In this document: piece after piece, positions 25,057-35,604 of the stretch | How positions within the stretch are numbered: position 1 is the stretch's first letter | Layout of the letters: each line of letters starts with the position of its first letter | NCBI RefSeq assembly: GCF_013315695.1 | Contig: NZ_CP054353.1 | Length of the DNA stretch: 64,000 bases | From: Escherichia coli | GTDB lineage: Bacteria; Pseudomonadota; Gammaproteobacteria; Enterobacterales; Enterobacteriaceae | Reading direction: 5' to 3' (one strand) | Translations under genes and position numbers: made by a program | Notes under the pieces: generated by a model | Seen by the model: the letters and a program-made list of their open reading frames with translations, nothing else | Database searches by the model: none | Told to the model about the DNA's origin: nothing

Positions 25057-25766
25057 TAGTGCTGTCCTCCGGTGGTGATATTCAGATATTGCGGCGCGAC
25101 GGCACCGGCAAAGCGACGCTGATGAGCAGTGATTGCTGAATCACCGCAGCCTTTGTCAGCAAAGAATTTAACCTGCTCTTCTTCCCAGACGGCATCCAGC
25201 GCCTGCGGCGTATCGTCGCGCGCTTCGTCGGCAATTTTTTCCGCCACTTTGTCGCTGTCGATAGCGGTATTCGCCAGTTTCAGCAGCAGATCAAACAGCA
25301 CGGCATAACGGCTTTCACGCTGTTGCAGACGCGCACTCAGCAATGCCAGAATCGGCGCAATATCTTTCAAACCCTCCACGGCTTCGCTTTGCGGCAGCTG
25401 CGCCAGGTACTCCAGATACAGCGGCAGATGGTCGGGCAATTCGCGGCTGTTTAACTGCAAACCGTGCTGCTCATACTGCGCCAGCAGGTCTACCATCGCC
25501 TGACCGCGGTCGCGGGATTCACCGTGCACATGTTCAAACAGCAACAGTGACGTGGCACGGCCACGGTCGAACAGTTCGCTGTACTGGGCCTGAGCATCGA
25601 GCGGATCCATCGCCGTTAAATCGCGCAGGAAAATGCCCAGCGCATGGGCATCTTCTTTCGACAGATTTTTCGACGCGGCAATCGCCTCAAACATCTCTTG
25701 TTGATGCTGCCATAAGGCAGCATCCGGATATTCAAGGAGACGCGATACAATCACGAGTTCGATCAT
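25056..25766 (-). CDS. narJ: nitrate reductase assembly chaperone
   Basis: 236 aa; operon position. Confidence 0.92.
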   Translation of the reverse strand: MIELVIVSRLLEYPDAALWQHQQEMFEAIAASKNLSKEDAHALGIFLRDLTAMDPLDAQAQYSELFDRGRATSLLLFEHVHGESRDRGQAMVDLLAQYEQHGLQLNSRELPDHLPLYLEYLAQLPQSEAVEGLKDIAPILALLSARLQQRESRYAVLFDLLLKLANTAIDSDKVAEKIADEARDDTPQALDAVWEEEQVKFFADKGCGDSAITAHQRRFAGAVAPQYLNITTGGQH

Positions 25767-27301
25767 GGGTGCGGCTCCGTTTTGCTGGTTACGTCGATGG
25801 CATCGATACGGCGGCTGTTGAACAGATTGAATTTGGTATCTGAACCGTGGCAGCCATCACCAAAGGTAAAGCCGCAGCCATTTTTCTCCGGGAAGGCTTC
25901 CCGCGCCAGTTCACGATGACTACTCGGCACCACAAAGCGATCTTCGTAGTTAGCAATCGCCAGATAACGGTACATCTCCTGTGCCTGGGCTTCGGTCAGA
26001 CCGACCTCTTCCAGCGCACGGGTATCCACTTTCCCGTCAACGGTTTCAGCACGTTTATAATGACGCATCGCCAGCATACGTTTCAGCGCGCGCAGTACCG
26101 GTTTGGTATCACCGGCGGTCAGCAGATTCGCCAGATACTGTACCGGAATACGCAGGCTTTCGACGTCTGGCAGAATGCCGTTGCTGCCCAGCTCACCCGC
26201 ATCTGCTGCAGACTGAATCGGAGACAGAGGCGGCACGTACCAGACCATCGGCAGTGTGCGATATTCCGGATGCAGCGGCAGCGCCAGTTTCCATTCCATC
26301 GCCATTTTATAAACCGGCGACTGCTGTGCGGCTTCAATAACGCTCAGCGGAATACCGTCTTTAATCGCCTGCTCGATGACTTTCGGATCGTTCGGATCGA
26401 GGAACACGTCCAGCTGACGCTGGTAAAGATCTTTCTCGTTCTCAGTGCTGGCTGCACGTTCAATAGCGTCGGCATCGTACAACAGCACGCCGAGATAACG
26501 GATACGACCGACACAGGTTTCTGAGCACACGGTCGGCTGACCCGCTTCAATACGCGGATAGCAGAAGATGCACTTCTCAGACTTACCGCTCTTCCAGTTG
26601 AAATAGATTTTTTTGTACGGGCATCCGGTGATGCACATACGCCAGCCACGGCATTTATCCTGGTCGATCAGAACGATGCCATCTTCTTCACGCTTGTAAA
26701 TCGCACCGCTCGGGCAGGTCGCCACACATGCCGGGTTCAGGCAGTGTTCGCACAGGCGCGGCAAATACATCATGAAGGTGTTTTCGAACTGGCTATACAT
26801 CGCCTTCTGGATGTTGTCGAAGTTCTTGTCTTTCGCCAGCTTGTCGAACTCACCGCCCAGGTCATCTTCCCAGTTCGGCCCTTTTTCGATTTTCGCCATC
26901 CGTTCGCCGGTAATCAGCGAACGCGGACGGGCAATCGGCTGCGACTTGCTGCCTTCCGGCGCGGTATGCAGGTTCTGATAGTCAAAATCGAACGGCTCGT
27001 AATAATCGTCGATCCCCGGCAGATGCGGGTTAGCGAAGATTTTACCCAGCAGCATGGCGCGGTTACCCATGCGCGGCTGCAGTTTGCCGTTGATTTTACG
27101 GATCCAGCCGCCTTTGTATTTTTCCTGGTTTTCCCAGTCAGTCGGGAAGCCCTGGCCCGGCTTGGTTTCCACGTTGTTGAACCACGCGTATTCCACGCCT
27201 TCGCGGCTGGTCCAGACGTTTTTACAGGTAACTGAACAGGTGTGGCAGCCGATGCACTTATCGAGATTCAGCACCATGCCGACTTGTGAACGAATTTTCA
27301 T
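25763..27301 (-). CDS. narH: respiratory nitrate reductase A beta subunit
   Basis: 512 aa; multiple Cys clusters (CxxCxxCxxxCP) for Fe-S centres. Confidence 0.95.
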   Translation of the reverse strand: MKIRSQVGMVLNLDKCIGCHTCSVTCKNVWTSREGVEYAWFNNVETKPGQGFPTDWENQEKYKGGWIRKINGKLQPRMGNRAMLLGKIFANPHLPGIDDYYEPFDFDYQNLHTAPEGSKSQPIARPRSLITGERMAKIEKGPNWEDDLGGEFDKLAKDKNFDNIQKAMYSQFENTFMMYLPRLCEHCLNPACVATCPSGAIYKREEDGIVLIDQDKCRGWRMCITGCPYKKIYFNWKSGKSEKCIFCYPRIEAGQPTVCSETCVGRIRYLGVLLYDADAIERAASTENEKDLYQRQLDVFLDPNDPKVIEQAIKDGIPLSVIEAAQQSPVYKMAMEWKLALPLHPEYRTLPMVWYVPPLSPIQSAADAGELGSNGILPDVESLRIPVQYLANLLTAGDTKPVLRALKRMLAMRHYKRAETVDGKVDTRALEEVGLTEAQAQEMYRYLAIANYEDRFVVPSSHRELAREAFPEKNGCGFTFGDGCHGSDTKFNLFNSRRIDAIDVTSKTEPHP

Positions 27302-30300
27302 TTTACGCTCTCCTGTACCTGGTCATTGCCTTCGCCATCTAACCAGTCAATGTTCTTCATCTTACGCACTACAACAAACTCATCGCGGTTAGAACCTACG
27401 GTGCCGTAGTAGTTAAAGCCGTATGCCAGATGGGCATAGCCGCCGATCATATGCGTCGGTTTCGGCGTGATACGGGTGACCGAGTTATGGATACCACCAC
27501 GCTGTTGGGTAATTTCCGAACCAGGCAGGTTAACGATACGTTCCTGCGCGTGGTACATCATGGTCATCCCTGCCGGAACACGCTGGCTGACAACCGCACG
27601 GGCAGTCAGAGCACCGTTGCTGTTGAAGACTTCAATCCAGTCGTTATCGGCAATGCCCAGATCTTTGGCATCGGCTTCACTCAGCCAGACCACCGGACCA
27701 CCGCGACCTAAAGTCAGCATCAGCAGGTTGTCGCTGTAGGTGGAGTGGATACCCCACTTCTGGTGCGGCGTCAGGAAGTTGAGCGCTTTTTCCGGGTTGC
27801 CGTTGGATTTCTGCCCCATCACTTCTTTCACCGAACGGGTGTCGATCGGCGGACGATAAACCAGCAGGCTTTCACCGAAATCACGCATCCACTGGTGATC
27901 CTGATACAGTTGCTGACGACCAGAGAGCGTACGCCATGGGATCAGCTCGTGAACGTTGGTGTAACCGGCGTTGTAAGAAACGTGTTCATCTTCCAGACCA
28001 GACCAGGTCGGGCTGGAGATAATTTTGCGCGGCTGTGCCTGAATATCGCGGAAGCGGATCTTCTCGTCTTCTTTATTCAGCGCCAGATGCGTATGGTCAC
28101 GACCGGTAAATTCGCTCAGGGCAGCCCAGGCTTTTACAGCTACCTGACCATTGGTTTCCGGTGCCAGCGTCAGGATCATCTCTGCTGCATCAATTGCGGT
28201 ATTGAGCATCGGCTGACCTTTTGCCGGACCTTCCGCTTTGGTGTAGTTGAGCTTACGCAGCAGATCCATCTCGCTCTGGGTGTTCCAGGCAATCCCTTTA
28301 CCGCCATTACCGATTTTCTCCATCAGCGGGCCGATAGAGGTAAAGCGTTCGTAAGTCGCCGGATAATCGCGCTCTACGACCATAATGTGCGGTGCAGTTT
28401 TACCTGGGATCAGGTCGCATTCGCCTTTTTTCCAGTCTTTCACATCCAGCGGCTGTGCCAGTTCAGCGGCAGAGTCGTGCTGGATAGGCAGCGTGACGAT
28501 GTCGGTTTCTTTACCCAGATGACCAACGCACACTTCGGAGAATTTCCTGGCGATGGCTTTGTAGATTTCCCAGTCGCTTTTCGCTTCCCAGGCCGGATCG
28601 ACCGCCGCAGACAGCGGGTGAATAAACGGATGCATATCCGAAGTATTCATGTCGTCTTTTTCGTACCAGGTCGCCGTCGGCAAAATGATGTCGGAATAGA
28701 GACAGGTGCTCGACAGACGGAAGTCCAGCGTCACCACCAGATCCAGCTTGCCTTCCAGACCATTGTCCTGCCAGTCCACTTCTTCCGGCTTCACGCCGCC
28801 CTGCTGCCCCAGATCTTTACCCTGGATACCGTGCTCCGTCCCCAGCAGGTACTTGAGCATAAACTCATGACCTTTACCGGAAGAACCGAGCAGGTTAGAA
28901 CGCCAGATGAACAGGTTACGCGGGTGGTTTTTACCGTTTTCCGGCTGTTCCGCAGCGAAACGGATAGAACCCTCTTTCAGGGATTTCACCGTATAGTCCA
29001 CCGGATTCATCCCGGCTTTTTCTGCTTCGCGAGCGATAGTCAGCGGGTTAGTGCCTAACTGCGGTGCAGACGGCAGCCAGCCCATGCGTTCCGCACGGAC
29101 GTTAAAGTCGATCAGGTGTCCGGTATAACGGGATTTATCCGCCATCGGTGACAGCAACTCTTCCGCCGTGACGGTTTCATAACGCCACTGGCTGGAGTGG
29201 TTATAGAAATAAGAAGTGCTGTTCATGTGACGCGCCGGACGCTGCCAGTCAAGGGCAAACGCCAGCGGCTGCCAGCCGGTTTGCGGACGCAGTTTTTCCT
29301 GACCTACATAGTGCGCCCAGCCACCCCCGCTCTGACCGACACAGCCGCAGAAAATCAGCATGTTGATCAGACCACGATAGTTCATGTCCAGGTGATACCA
29401 GTGGTTCAGTCCCGCACCGACGATAATCATCGAACGACCGTGCGTTTTATCAGCGTTATCGGCAAATTCACGGGCGATGCGAATAATCTGGCTGCGAGAA
29501 ACGCCAGTGATTTGCTCGGCCCACGCCGGAGTGTAAGCTTTCACATCGTCATAGCTGGCTGCACAGTTAACGTCGTTCAGGCCACGTTCCAGACCATAGT
29601 TTGCCAGCGTCAGATCATAAACGGTGGTCACCAGGGCGGTGCTGCCATCAGCCAGTTGCAAGCGTTTCACCGGCAGCTTGTGCAGCAGCACGTTTTCCAG
29701 TTCCACTTTGTTGAAGTGTTCCGTGCCGTCGCCACCAAAGTACGGGAAGCCCACCTCAGCGATCTCATCCTGGCTACCCAGCAGGCTCAGTTGCAGCTCG
29801 GTTTCTTCGCCAGTTTTGCCGTCGCGCTGCTCAAGATTCCATTTGCCCTTCTCGCCCCAGCGGAAGCCAATAGAACCGTTCGGCGCAACCATTTCGCCAT
29901 TGGTATTAAAGGCGACAGTTTTCCATTCCGGATTGTTTTCCTGGCCCAGCGCATCCACCAGATCGGCAGCGCGCAGCATACGACCTGCGGCGTAGTAACC
30001 GTCGCGTTCTTCCAGCATCACCAGCATCGGCATGTCGGTGTAGCGACGCACATAGTCGGTGAAATACTGGCTTGGGTTGTCGAGGTGGAATTCACGCAGC
30101 ATTACGTGACCCATTGCCAGCGCCATTGCCGCATCGGTGCCCTGTTTCGGTGCCAGCCACAGATCGCACAGTTTGGCGATTTCAGCGTAGTCTGGTGTGA
30201 CGGCAACAGTTTTGGTGCCTTTGTAACGCACTTCAGTAAAGAAGTGAGCATCCGGGGTACGCGTCTGCGGCACGTTTGAACCCCAAGCGATGATGTAGCT

Positions 30301-31041
30301 GGAGTTGTACCAGTCAGCAGATTCCGGTACGTCAGTTTGCTCGCCCCAGGTTTGCGGAGACGCAGGAGGCAGGTCGCAGTACCAGTCGTAGAAGCTTAAG
30401 CAAGTACCGCCAATCAGCGAAAGATAGCGTGCACCCGATGCGTAAGAAACCATCGACATTGCCGGAATTGGCGAGAAGCCAGCGACGCGGTCCGGGCCGT
30501 AGTTTTTGATGGTGTAAACGTTAGAGGCGGCGATCAGTTCATTCACTTCCTGCCAGGAAGAACGAACAAAACCACCGCGTCCACGCGCCTGCTTAAAGCT
30601 TTTCGCTTTATCGGCGTCTTCAATGATAGAAGCCCATGCCTCAACCGGATCGCTATGCAGCGCCTTCGCTTCACGCCACATTTTCATCAGGCGTTTGCGC
30701 ATCATTGGGTATTTCAGGCGGTTGGCGCTGTAAAGATACCAGGAGTAGCTGGCACCGCGCGGGCAGCCGCGAGGTTCATGGTTTGGCAGGTCCGGGCGAG
30801 TACGCGGATAGTCAGTCTGCTGGGTTTCCCAGGTCACCAGACCGTTTTTGACGTAGATTTTCCAGCTGCAGGAGCCGGTGCAGTTTACCCCGTGGGTAGA
30901 GCGGACGATTTTGTCATGCTGCCAACGCTGGCGATATCCATCCTCCCAGTCACGGTTGGTATTGAGAAGCTGGCCATGCCCATCGGCAAAGGTTTCACCC
31001 TTCTGTTTGAAGTAGCGAAACCGGTCCAGGAATTTACTCAT
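27298..31041 (-). CDS. narG: respiratory nitrate reductase A alpha subunit
   Basis: 1247 aa molybdopterin oxidoreductase; N-terminal HGVNCTGSCSWKIY FS0-cluster motif. Confidence 0.96.
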   Translation of the reverse strand: MSKFLDRFRYFKQKGETFADGHGQLLNTNRDWEDGYRQRWQHDKIVRSTHGVNCTGSCSWKIYVKNGLVTWETQQTDYPRTRPDLPNHEPRGCPRGASYSWYLYSANRLKYPMMRKRLMKMWREAKALHSDPVEAWASIIEDADKAKSFKQARGRGGFVRSSWQEVNELIAASNVYTIKNYGPDRVAGFSPIPAMSMVSYASGARYLSLIGGTCLSFYDWYCDLPPASPQTWGEQTDVPESADWYNSSYIIAWGSNVPQTRTPDAHFFTEVRYKGTKTVAVTPDYAEIAKLCDLWLAPKQGTDAAMALAMGHVMLREFHLDNPSQYFTDYVRRYTDMPMLVMLEERDGYYAAGRMLRAADLVDALGQENNPEWKTVAFNTNGEMVAPNGSIGFRWGEKGKWNLEQRDGKTGEETELQLSLLGSQDEIAEVGFPYFGGDGTEHFNKVELENVLLHKLPVKRLQLADGSTALVTTVYDLTLANYGLERGLNDVNCAASYDDVKAYTPAWAEQITGVSRSQIIRIAREFADNADKTHGRSMIIVGAGLNHWYHLDMNYRGLINMLIFCGCVGQSGGGWAHYVGQEKLRPQTGWQPLAFALDWQRPARHMNSTSYFYNHSSQWRYETVTAEELLSPMADKSRYTGHLIDFNVRAERMGWLPSAPQLGTNPLTIAREAEKAGMNPVDYTVKSLKEGSIRFAAEQPENGKNHPRNLFIWRSNLLGSSGKGHEFMLKYLLGTEHGIQGKDLGQQGGVKPEEVDWQDNGLEGKLDLVVTLDFRLSSTCLYSDIILPTATWYEKDDMNTSDMHPFIHPLSAAVDPAWEAKSDWEIYKAIARKFSEVCVGHLGKETDIVTLPIQHDSAAELAQPLDVKDWKKGECDLIPGKTAPHIMVVERDYPATYERFTSIGPLMEKIGNGGKGIAWNTQSEMDLLRKLNYTKAEGPAKGQPMLNTAIDAAEMILTLAPETNGQVAVKAWAALSEFTGRDHTHLALNKEDEKIRFRDIQAQPRKIISSPTWSGLEDEHVSYNAGYTNVHELIPWRTLSGRQQLYQDHQWMRDFGESLLVYRPPIDTRSVKEVMGQKSNGNPEKALNFLTPHQKWGIHSTYSDNLLMLTLGRGGPVVWLSEADAKDLGIADNDWIEVFNSNGALTARAVVSQRVPAGMTMMYHAQERIVNLPGSEITQQRGGIHNSVTRITPKPTHMIGGYAHLAYGFNYYGTVGSNRDEFVVVRKMKNIDWLDGEGNDQVQESVK

Positions 31042-31132
31042 CGGTTTTCTCCTGTGGGAGCCTGTCGGCCCTCTGATAAATCGACATTGCTAATGTTTAA
31101 GGGCAAAGTAACGCTCTGAAACAGCGTGAGAA

Positions 31133-31146
31133 TTGATAACGATCAA
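31133..31146. promoter_or_regulatory. FNR box (TTGAT-AACG-ATCAA) in the narG promoter
   Basis: Perfect TTGAT-N4-ATCAA palindrome ~90 bp upstream of the narG start codon. Confidence 0.65.
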
Positions 31147-31183
31147 GAGTGATGGGGATGAAAAATAAAGTAAATTCCTAAGA

Positions 31184-31190
31184 TACCCCT
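31184..31190. promoter_or_regulatory. NarL heptamer (TACCCCT) in the narG upstream region
   Basis: Exact TACCCCT heptamer ~145 bp upstream of narG in an AT-rich control region; single-site call. Confidence 0.4.
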
Positions 31191-31434
31191 TTAGGATAAT
31201 TAGCAGTTACAGCATAACACGCTGTAAATTAAGACGTTTTATACCTGTAGTTATTTAAACTATTAAGATTTTTATGCAGATGGGTATTAAGGAGTATTCC
31301 CCATGGGTAACATATTAATGGCTCTTAATGAAATCCGGCGAAATAAGCCAATATAATATGAGTATGTTGTAACTAAATGACGCATAAAAAAAGCGCGACA
31401 TCATGCCGCGCAAAGGATAATCAAATATTAAGAT

Positions 31435-32826
31435 TTATTTTTTAGAATGCCGACCATATACCGCCCAGGTAATCACCACGCAGGCGATATAGAAAATCAA
31501 AAATACTTTCATTGCGCCGACTGGCGAACCCGTTAATGCCAGCGAGCTACCAAACGCTTTCGGGATAAAGAAGCCACCAATCGCGCCAATCGCAGAGATG
31601 AAACCCAGCGCCGCCGCCGTGTCGGTTGCCGCTTCACGCATCGCACGTTCGTCAGAACCCCCTTCTGCTTTCACGCGATCCATTGTCAGTTTACGGAAGA
31701 TCACGGAAATCATCTGGAAAGTGGAACCACTACCCAGCCCAGCTGTCAGGAACAGCGCCAGGAAGACTGCGAAGAACGCCATGAAGCTTCCGCCCTGTCC
31801 GTCAGTCGGTAAGGTCAGGAACAGCAGGCCGCTGAAAATCGCCATCAGGATAAAGTTCACCAGCGTGACACGAGTTCCGCCCAGACGGTCAGATAATGCA
31901 CCACCTGCAGAACGCGCCAGCGCACCAATAAACGGCCCGAAGAAAGCGTATTGCAGAATCTGAACATCCGGGAACTGCGTTTTTGACAGCATCGCAAAGC
32001 CCGCGGAGAAGCCGATGAAGGAGCCGAAGGTTGCCAGATACAGCAGGCTCATAATCCACAGATGACCCCGTTTGAGTACCGGCAACTGCTCCTTGATGGA
32101 GGCTTTCGAGGTAGCAAGATCGTTCATGCCAAACCACGCTGCAATGGTGAAGATGGCAAGGAACGGCACCCATACCCAGGACGCATTCGCCAGATACAGC
32201 TCAGTCCCATCCGGCTGTTTGACACCCTGGCTACCAAATACTGCGAAAATCGACAGTGATACCACCAGCGGAGCAACCAACTGCATGACGCTGACGCCCA
32301 TGTTGCCCAGACCACCATTCAGACCCAACGCGCCACCCTGCTTCTGTTTCGGAAAGAAGAAGCTGATGTTTGCCATACTGGATGCGAAGTTCGCGCCAGC
32401 AAAGCCGCACAGCAGAGAGATGATGATGAAGACGCTATAAGGCGTGGAGGTATCCTGCACGGCAAAACCCAGCCAGACGCAAGGAATAATCAGAATACCG
32501 GTGCTGAACGCCGTCCAGCGACGACCACCGAAGATAGGAACCATAAAGGAGTATGGAACACGTAATAACGCGCCAGAAACCGAAGGCAGCGCAGTCAACA
32601 TAAATAGCTGATCGGTCGTAAAATTAAAACCGACTTTCGGTAAGTTCACCGCAACAGCGCTGAACAACATCCATACGCAAAACGCCAGCAGCAGACAGGG
32701 AACGGAAATCCACAGGTTGCGGCTGGCAATACGTTGACCGCGTTGTTGCCAGAACGCAGGATCTTCCGGTCGCCAATCTGTAATGACAGCTCCAGTAGCC
32801 CTTTCGGGGGCGGATGAGTGACTCAT
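31435..32826 (-). CDS. narK: nitrate/nitrite transporter NarK (MFS)
   Basis: ORF 31435..32832; start at MSHSSAPERATG gives 463 aa; 12-TM MFS protein. Confidence 0.92.
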   Translation of the reverse strand: MSHSSAPERATGAVITDWRPEDPAFWQQRGQRIASRNLWISVPCLLLAFCVWMLFSAVAVNLPKVGFNFTTDQLFMLTALPSVSGALLRVPYSFMVPIFGGRRWTAFSTGILIIPCVWLGFAVQDTSTPYSVFIIISLLCGFAGANFASSMANISFFFPKQKQGGALGLNGGLGNMGVSVMQLVAPLVVSLSIFAVFGSQGVKQPDGTELYLANASWVWVPFLAIFTIAAWFGMNDLATSKASIKEQLPVLKRGHLWIMSLLYLATFGSFIGFSAGFAMLSKTQFPDVQILQYAFFGPFIGALARSAGGALSDRLGGTRVTLVNFILMAIFSGLLFLTLPTDGQGGSFMAFFAVFLALFLTAGLGSGSTFQMISVIFRKLTMDRVKAEGGSDERAMREAATDTAAALGFISAIGAIGGFFIPKAFGSSLALTGSPVGAMKVFLIFYIACVVITWAVYGRHSKK

Positions 32827-32885
32827 AGACACCTCTGATACTCGTTTCGATGTCTGCCACCTTAGTGTCTGTAGCTAAAGGCAAT

Positions 32886-32899
32886 TTGATGTAAATCAA
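32886..32899. promoter_or_regulatory. FNR box (TTGAT-GTAA-ATCAA) in the narK promoter
   Basis: Perfect TTGAT-N4-ATCAA palindrome ~60 bp upstream of the narK start codon. Confidence 0.6.
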
Positions 32900-33164
32900 A
32901 CGATAAGATAACTTTATCTATCATTGATATTTATCATTACCCATAGTGAGTACAGTGATTTCATAAAAATTATGAGATTTTTCACGGTGCTGTAAAATCC
33001 CTCCCCTTACCGATGTAAAGCGACTAACCACGCGGCAAATAAGGAGTAACTCTTTCCGGGTATGGGTATACTTCAGCCAATAGCCGAGAATACTGCCATT
33101 CCAGAATGTATCGTCACATTCATTAAGGTTATTGCTCATTTAAAGCCTGAAGGAAGAGGTTTAC

Positions 33165-34961
33165 ATGCTTACACGTTGTCTCTCTCCGCTCACCCTGGTT
33201 AATCAGGTTGCGCTTATTGTGTTGCTTTCTACTGCTATTGGACTGGCAGGGATGGCAGTTTCTGGCTGGCTAGTGCAAGGAGTTCAGGGCAGCGCCCATG
33301 CGATCAACAAAGCGGGATCGCTGCGCATGCAAAGTTACCGTCTGTTGGCGGCAGTGCCATTAAGCGAGAAAGACAAGCCCTTAATTAAAGAAATGGAACA
33401 AACGGCATTTAGCGCCGAGTTGACTCGAGCAGCGGAACGAGACGGACAACTGGCGCAATTACAGGGTTTACAAGATTACTGGCGTAATGAACTGATCCCT
33501 GCGCTGATGCGTGCACAAAACCGCGAAACGGTGTCAGCGGATGTCAGCCAGTTTGTTGCCGGGCTTGATCAGCTGGTATCTGGTTTTGACCGCACCACGG
33601 AAATGCGCATTGAGACAGTGGTACTGGTCCATCGGGTAATGGCGGTATTTATGGCACTTTTACTGGTGTTCACTATTATCTGGTTGCGGGCGCGACTGCT
33701 ACAACCGTGGCGGCAACTGCTGGCAATGGCGAGTGCCGTCAGCCATCGCGATTTTACCCAACGCGCAAACATCAGCGGGCGCAACGAAATGGCGATGCTT
33801 GGAACTGCATTGAACAATATGTCTGCAGAACTGGCCGAAAGTTATGCCGTACTTGAGCAGCGGGTTCAGGAGAAAACTGCCGGGCTGGAGCATAAAAATC
33901 AGATCCTCTCTTTTTTATGGCAGGCTAACCGCCGTTTGCATTCCCGCGCCCCGCTGTGTGAACGCCTGTCACCGGTACTCAACGGCTTACAGAATTTAAC
34001 CCTGCTACGTGATATCGAACTGCGGGTGTATGACACTGATGATGAAGAGAATCATCAGGAGTTTACCTGCCAGCCAGATATGACTTGTGATGATAAAGGC
34101 TGCCAGCTCTGCCCGCGCGGCATATTACCCGTTGGCGATCGCGGCACAACCCTGAAGTGGCGGCTGGCTGACTCTCATACGCAGTACGGTATTTTGCTGG
34201 CGACCCTGCCGCAGGGGCGTCATCTTAGCCATGATCAACAACAACTGGTGGATACCCTGGTTGAACAACTCACCGCCACGCTGGCGCTGGATCGGCATCA
34301 GGAACGTCAGCAACAGTTGATCGTGATGGAAGAGCGTGCCACCATTGCGCGCGAACTGCATGATTCTATTGCCCAATCTCTCTCTTGCATGAAGATGCAG
34401 GTGAGTTGTTTACAGATGCAGGGCGATGCGCTGCCAGAAAGCAGCCGCGAACTGTTAAGTCAGATCCGTAACGAACTGAATGCATCCTGGGCGCAGTTGC
34501 GTGAATTGCTCACTACATTCCGCTTGCAGCTCACCGAGCCTGGATTACGTCCGGCGCTGGAGGCGAGTTGCGAAGAGTACAGCGCCAAATTTGGCTTCCC
34601 GGTGAAGCTGGATTATCAATTGCCGCCTCGTCTGGTGCCTTCGCATCAGGCAATCCACTTGTTGCAAATTGCCCGTGAGGCATTAAGTAACGCCCTCAAA
34701 CATTCGCAAGCGAGTGAGGTCGTGGTGACGGTGGCGCAAAACGATAATCAGGTCAAACTGACCGTCCAGGATAACGGCTGCGGCGTGCCTGAAAATGCCA
34801 TCCGCAGCAATCACTACGGCATGATAATAATGCGCGACCGTGCGCAAAGTTTACGAGGCGATTGCCGCGTCCGCCGTCGTGAATCAGGTGGCACCGAAGT
34901 GGTTGTCACCTTTATTCCCGAAAAAACTTTCACAGACGTCCAAGGAGATACCCATGAGTAA
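33165..34961 (+). CDS. narX: nitrate/nitrite sensor histidine kinase NarX
   Basis: 598 aa; two TM segments, HAMP, H-box ELHDSIAQ, HATPase domain. Confidence 0.94.
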
Positions 34962-35604
34962 TCAGGAACCGGCTACTATCCTGCTGATCGACGATCACCC
35001 GATGCTGCGAACTGGCGTAAAACAGCTTATCAGTATGGCACCAGATATCACCGTGGTTGGCGAAGCGAGTAATGGCGAACAGGGTATTGAACTGGCGGAA
35101 TCTCTTGATCCCGATCTGATCCTGTTAGATCTCAATATGCCCGGCATGAATGGTCTGGAAACGCTGGATAAACTCCGCGAAAAGTCCCTCTCAGGGCGCA
35201 TTGTGGTATTCAGCGTCTCTAACCATGAAGAAGATGTGGTCACCGCACTGAAACGCGGCGCGGATGGCTATCTGTTAAAAGATATGGAACCGGAAGATCT
35301 GCTGAAAGCGTTACATCAGGCAGCTGCTGGCGAAATGGTATTAAGCGAAGCATTAACGCCTGTTCTGGCCGCCAGCTTGCGCGCAAACCGTGCCACTACT
35401 GAGCGCGACGTTAACCAGTTAACCCCACGCGAGCGCGATATTCTCAAGCTGATTGCCCAGGGTTTGCCGAACAAGATGATTGCCCGCCGCCTGGATATCA
35501 CCGAAAGCACAGTAAAAGTGCACGTCAAGCACATGCTGAAGAAAATGAAGCTCAAGTCTCGCGTGGAAGCTGCGGTATGGGTGCATCAGGAGCGCATTTT
35601 CTGA
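34954..35604 (+). CDS. narL: nitrate/nitrite response regulator NarL
   Basis: ORF 34840..35604; start at [19 protein letters not shown] gives 216 aa; receiver plus LuxR-type HTH; start overlaps the narX stop by 8 nt. Confidence 0.94.

Noticed and set aside
27745-30279. Long plus-strand ORFs (437 aa and 360 aa) inside narG
   Set aside because: Entirely antisense to the highly conserved narG coding region; Arg/His-rich low-complexity translations typical of antisense frames in GC-rich genes; no start context.
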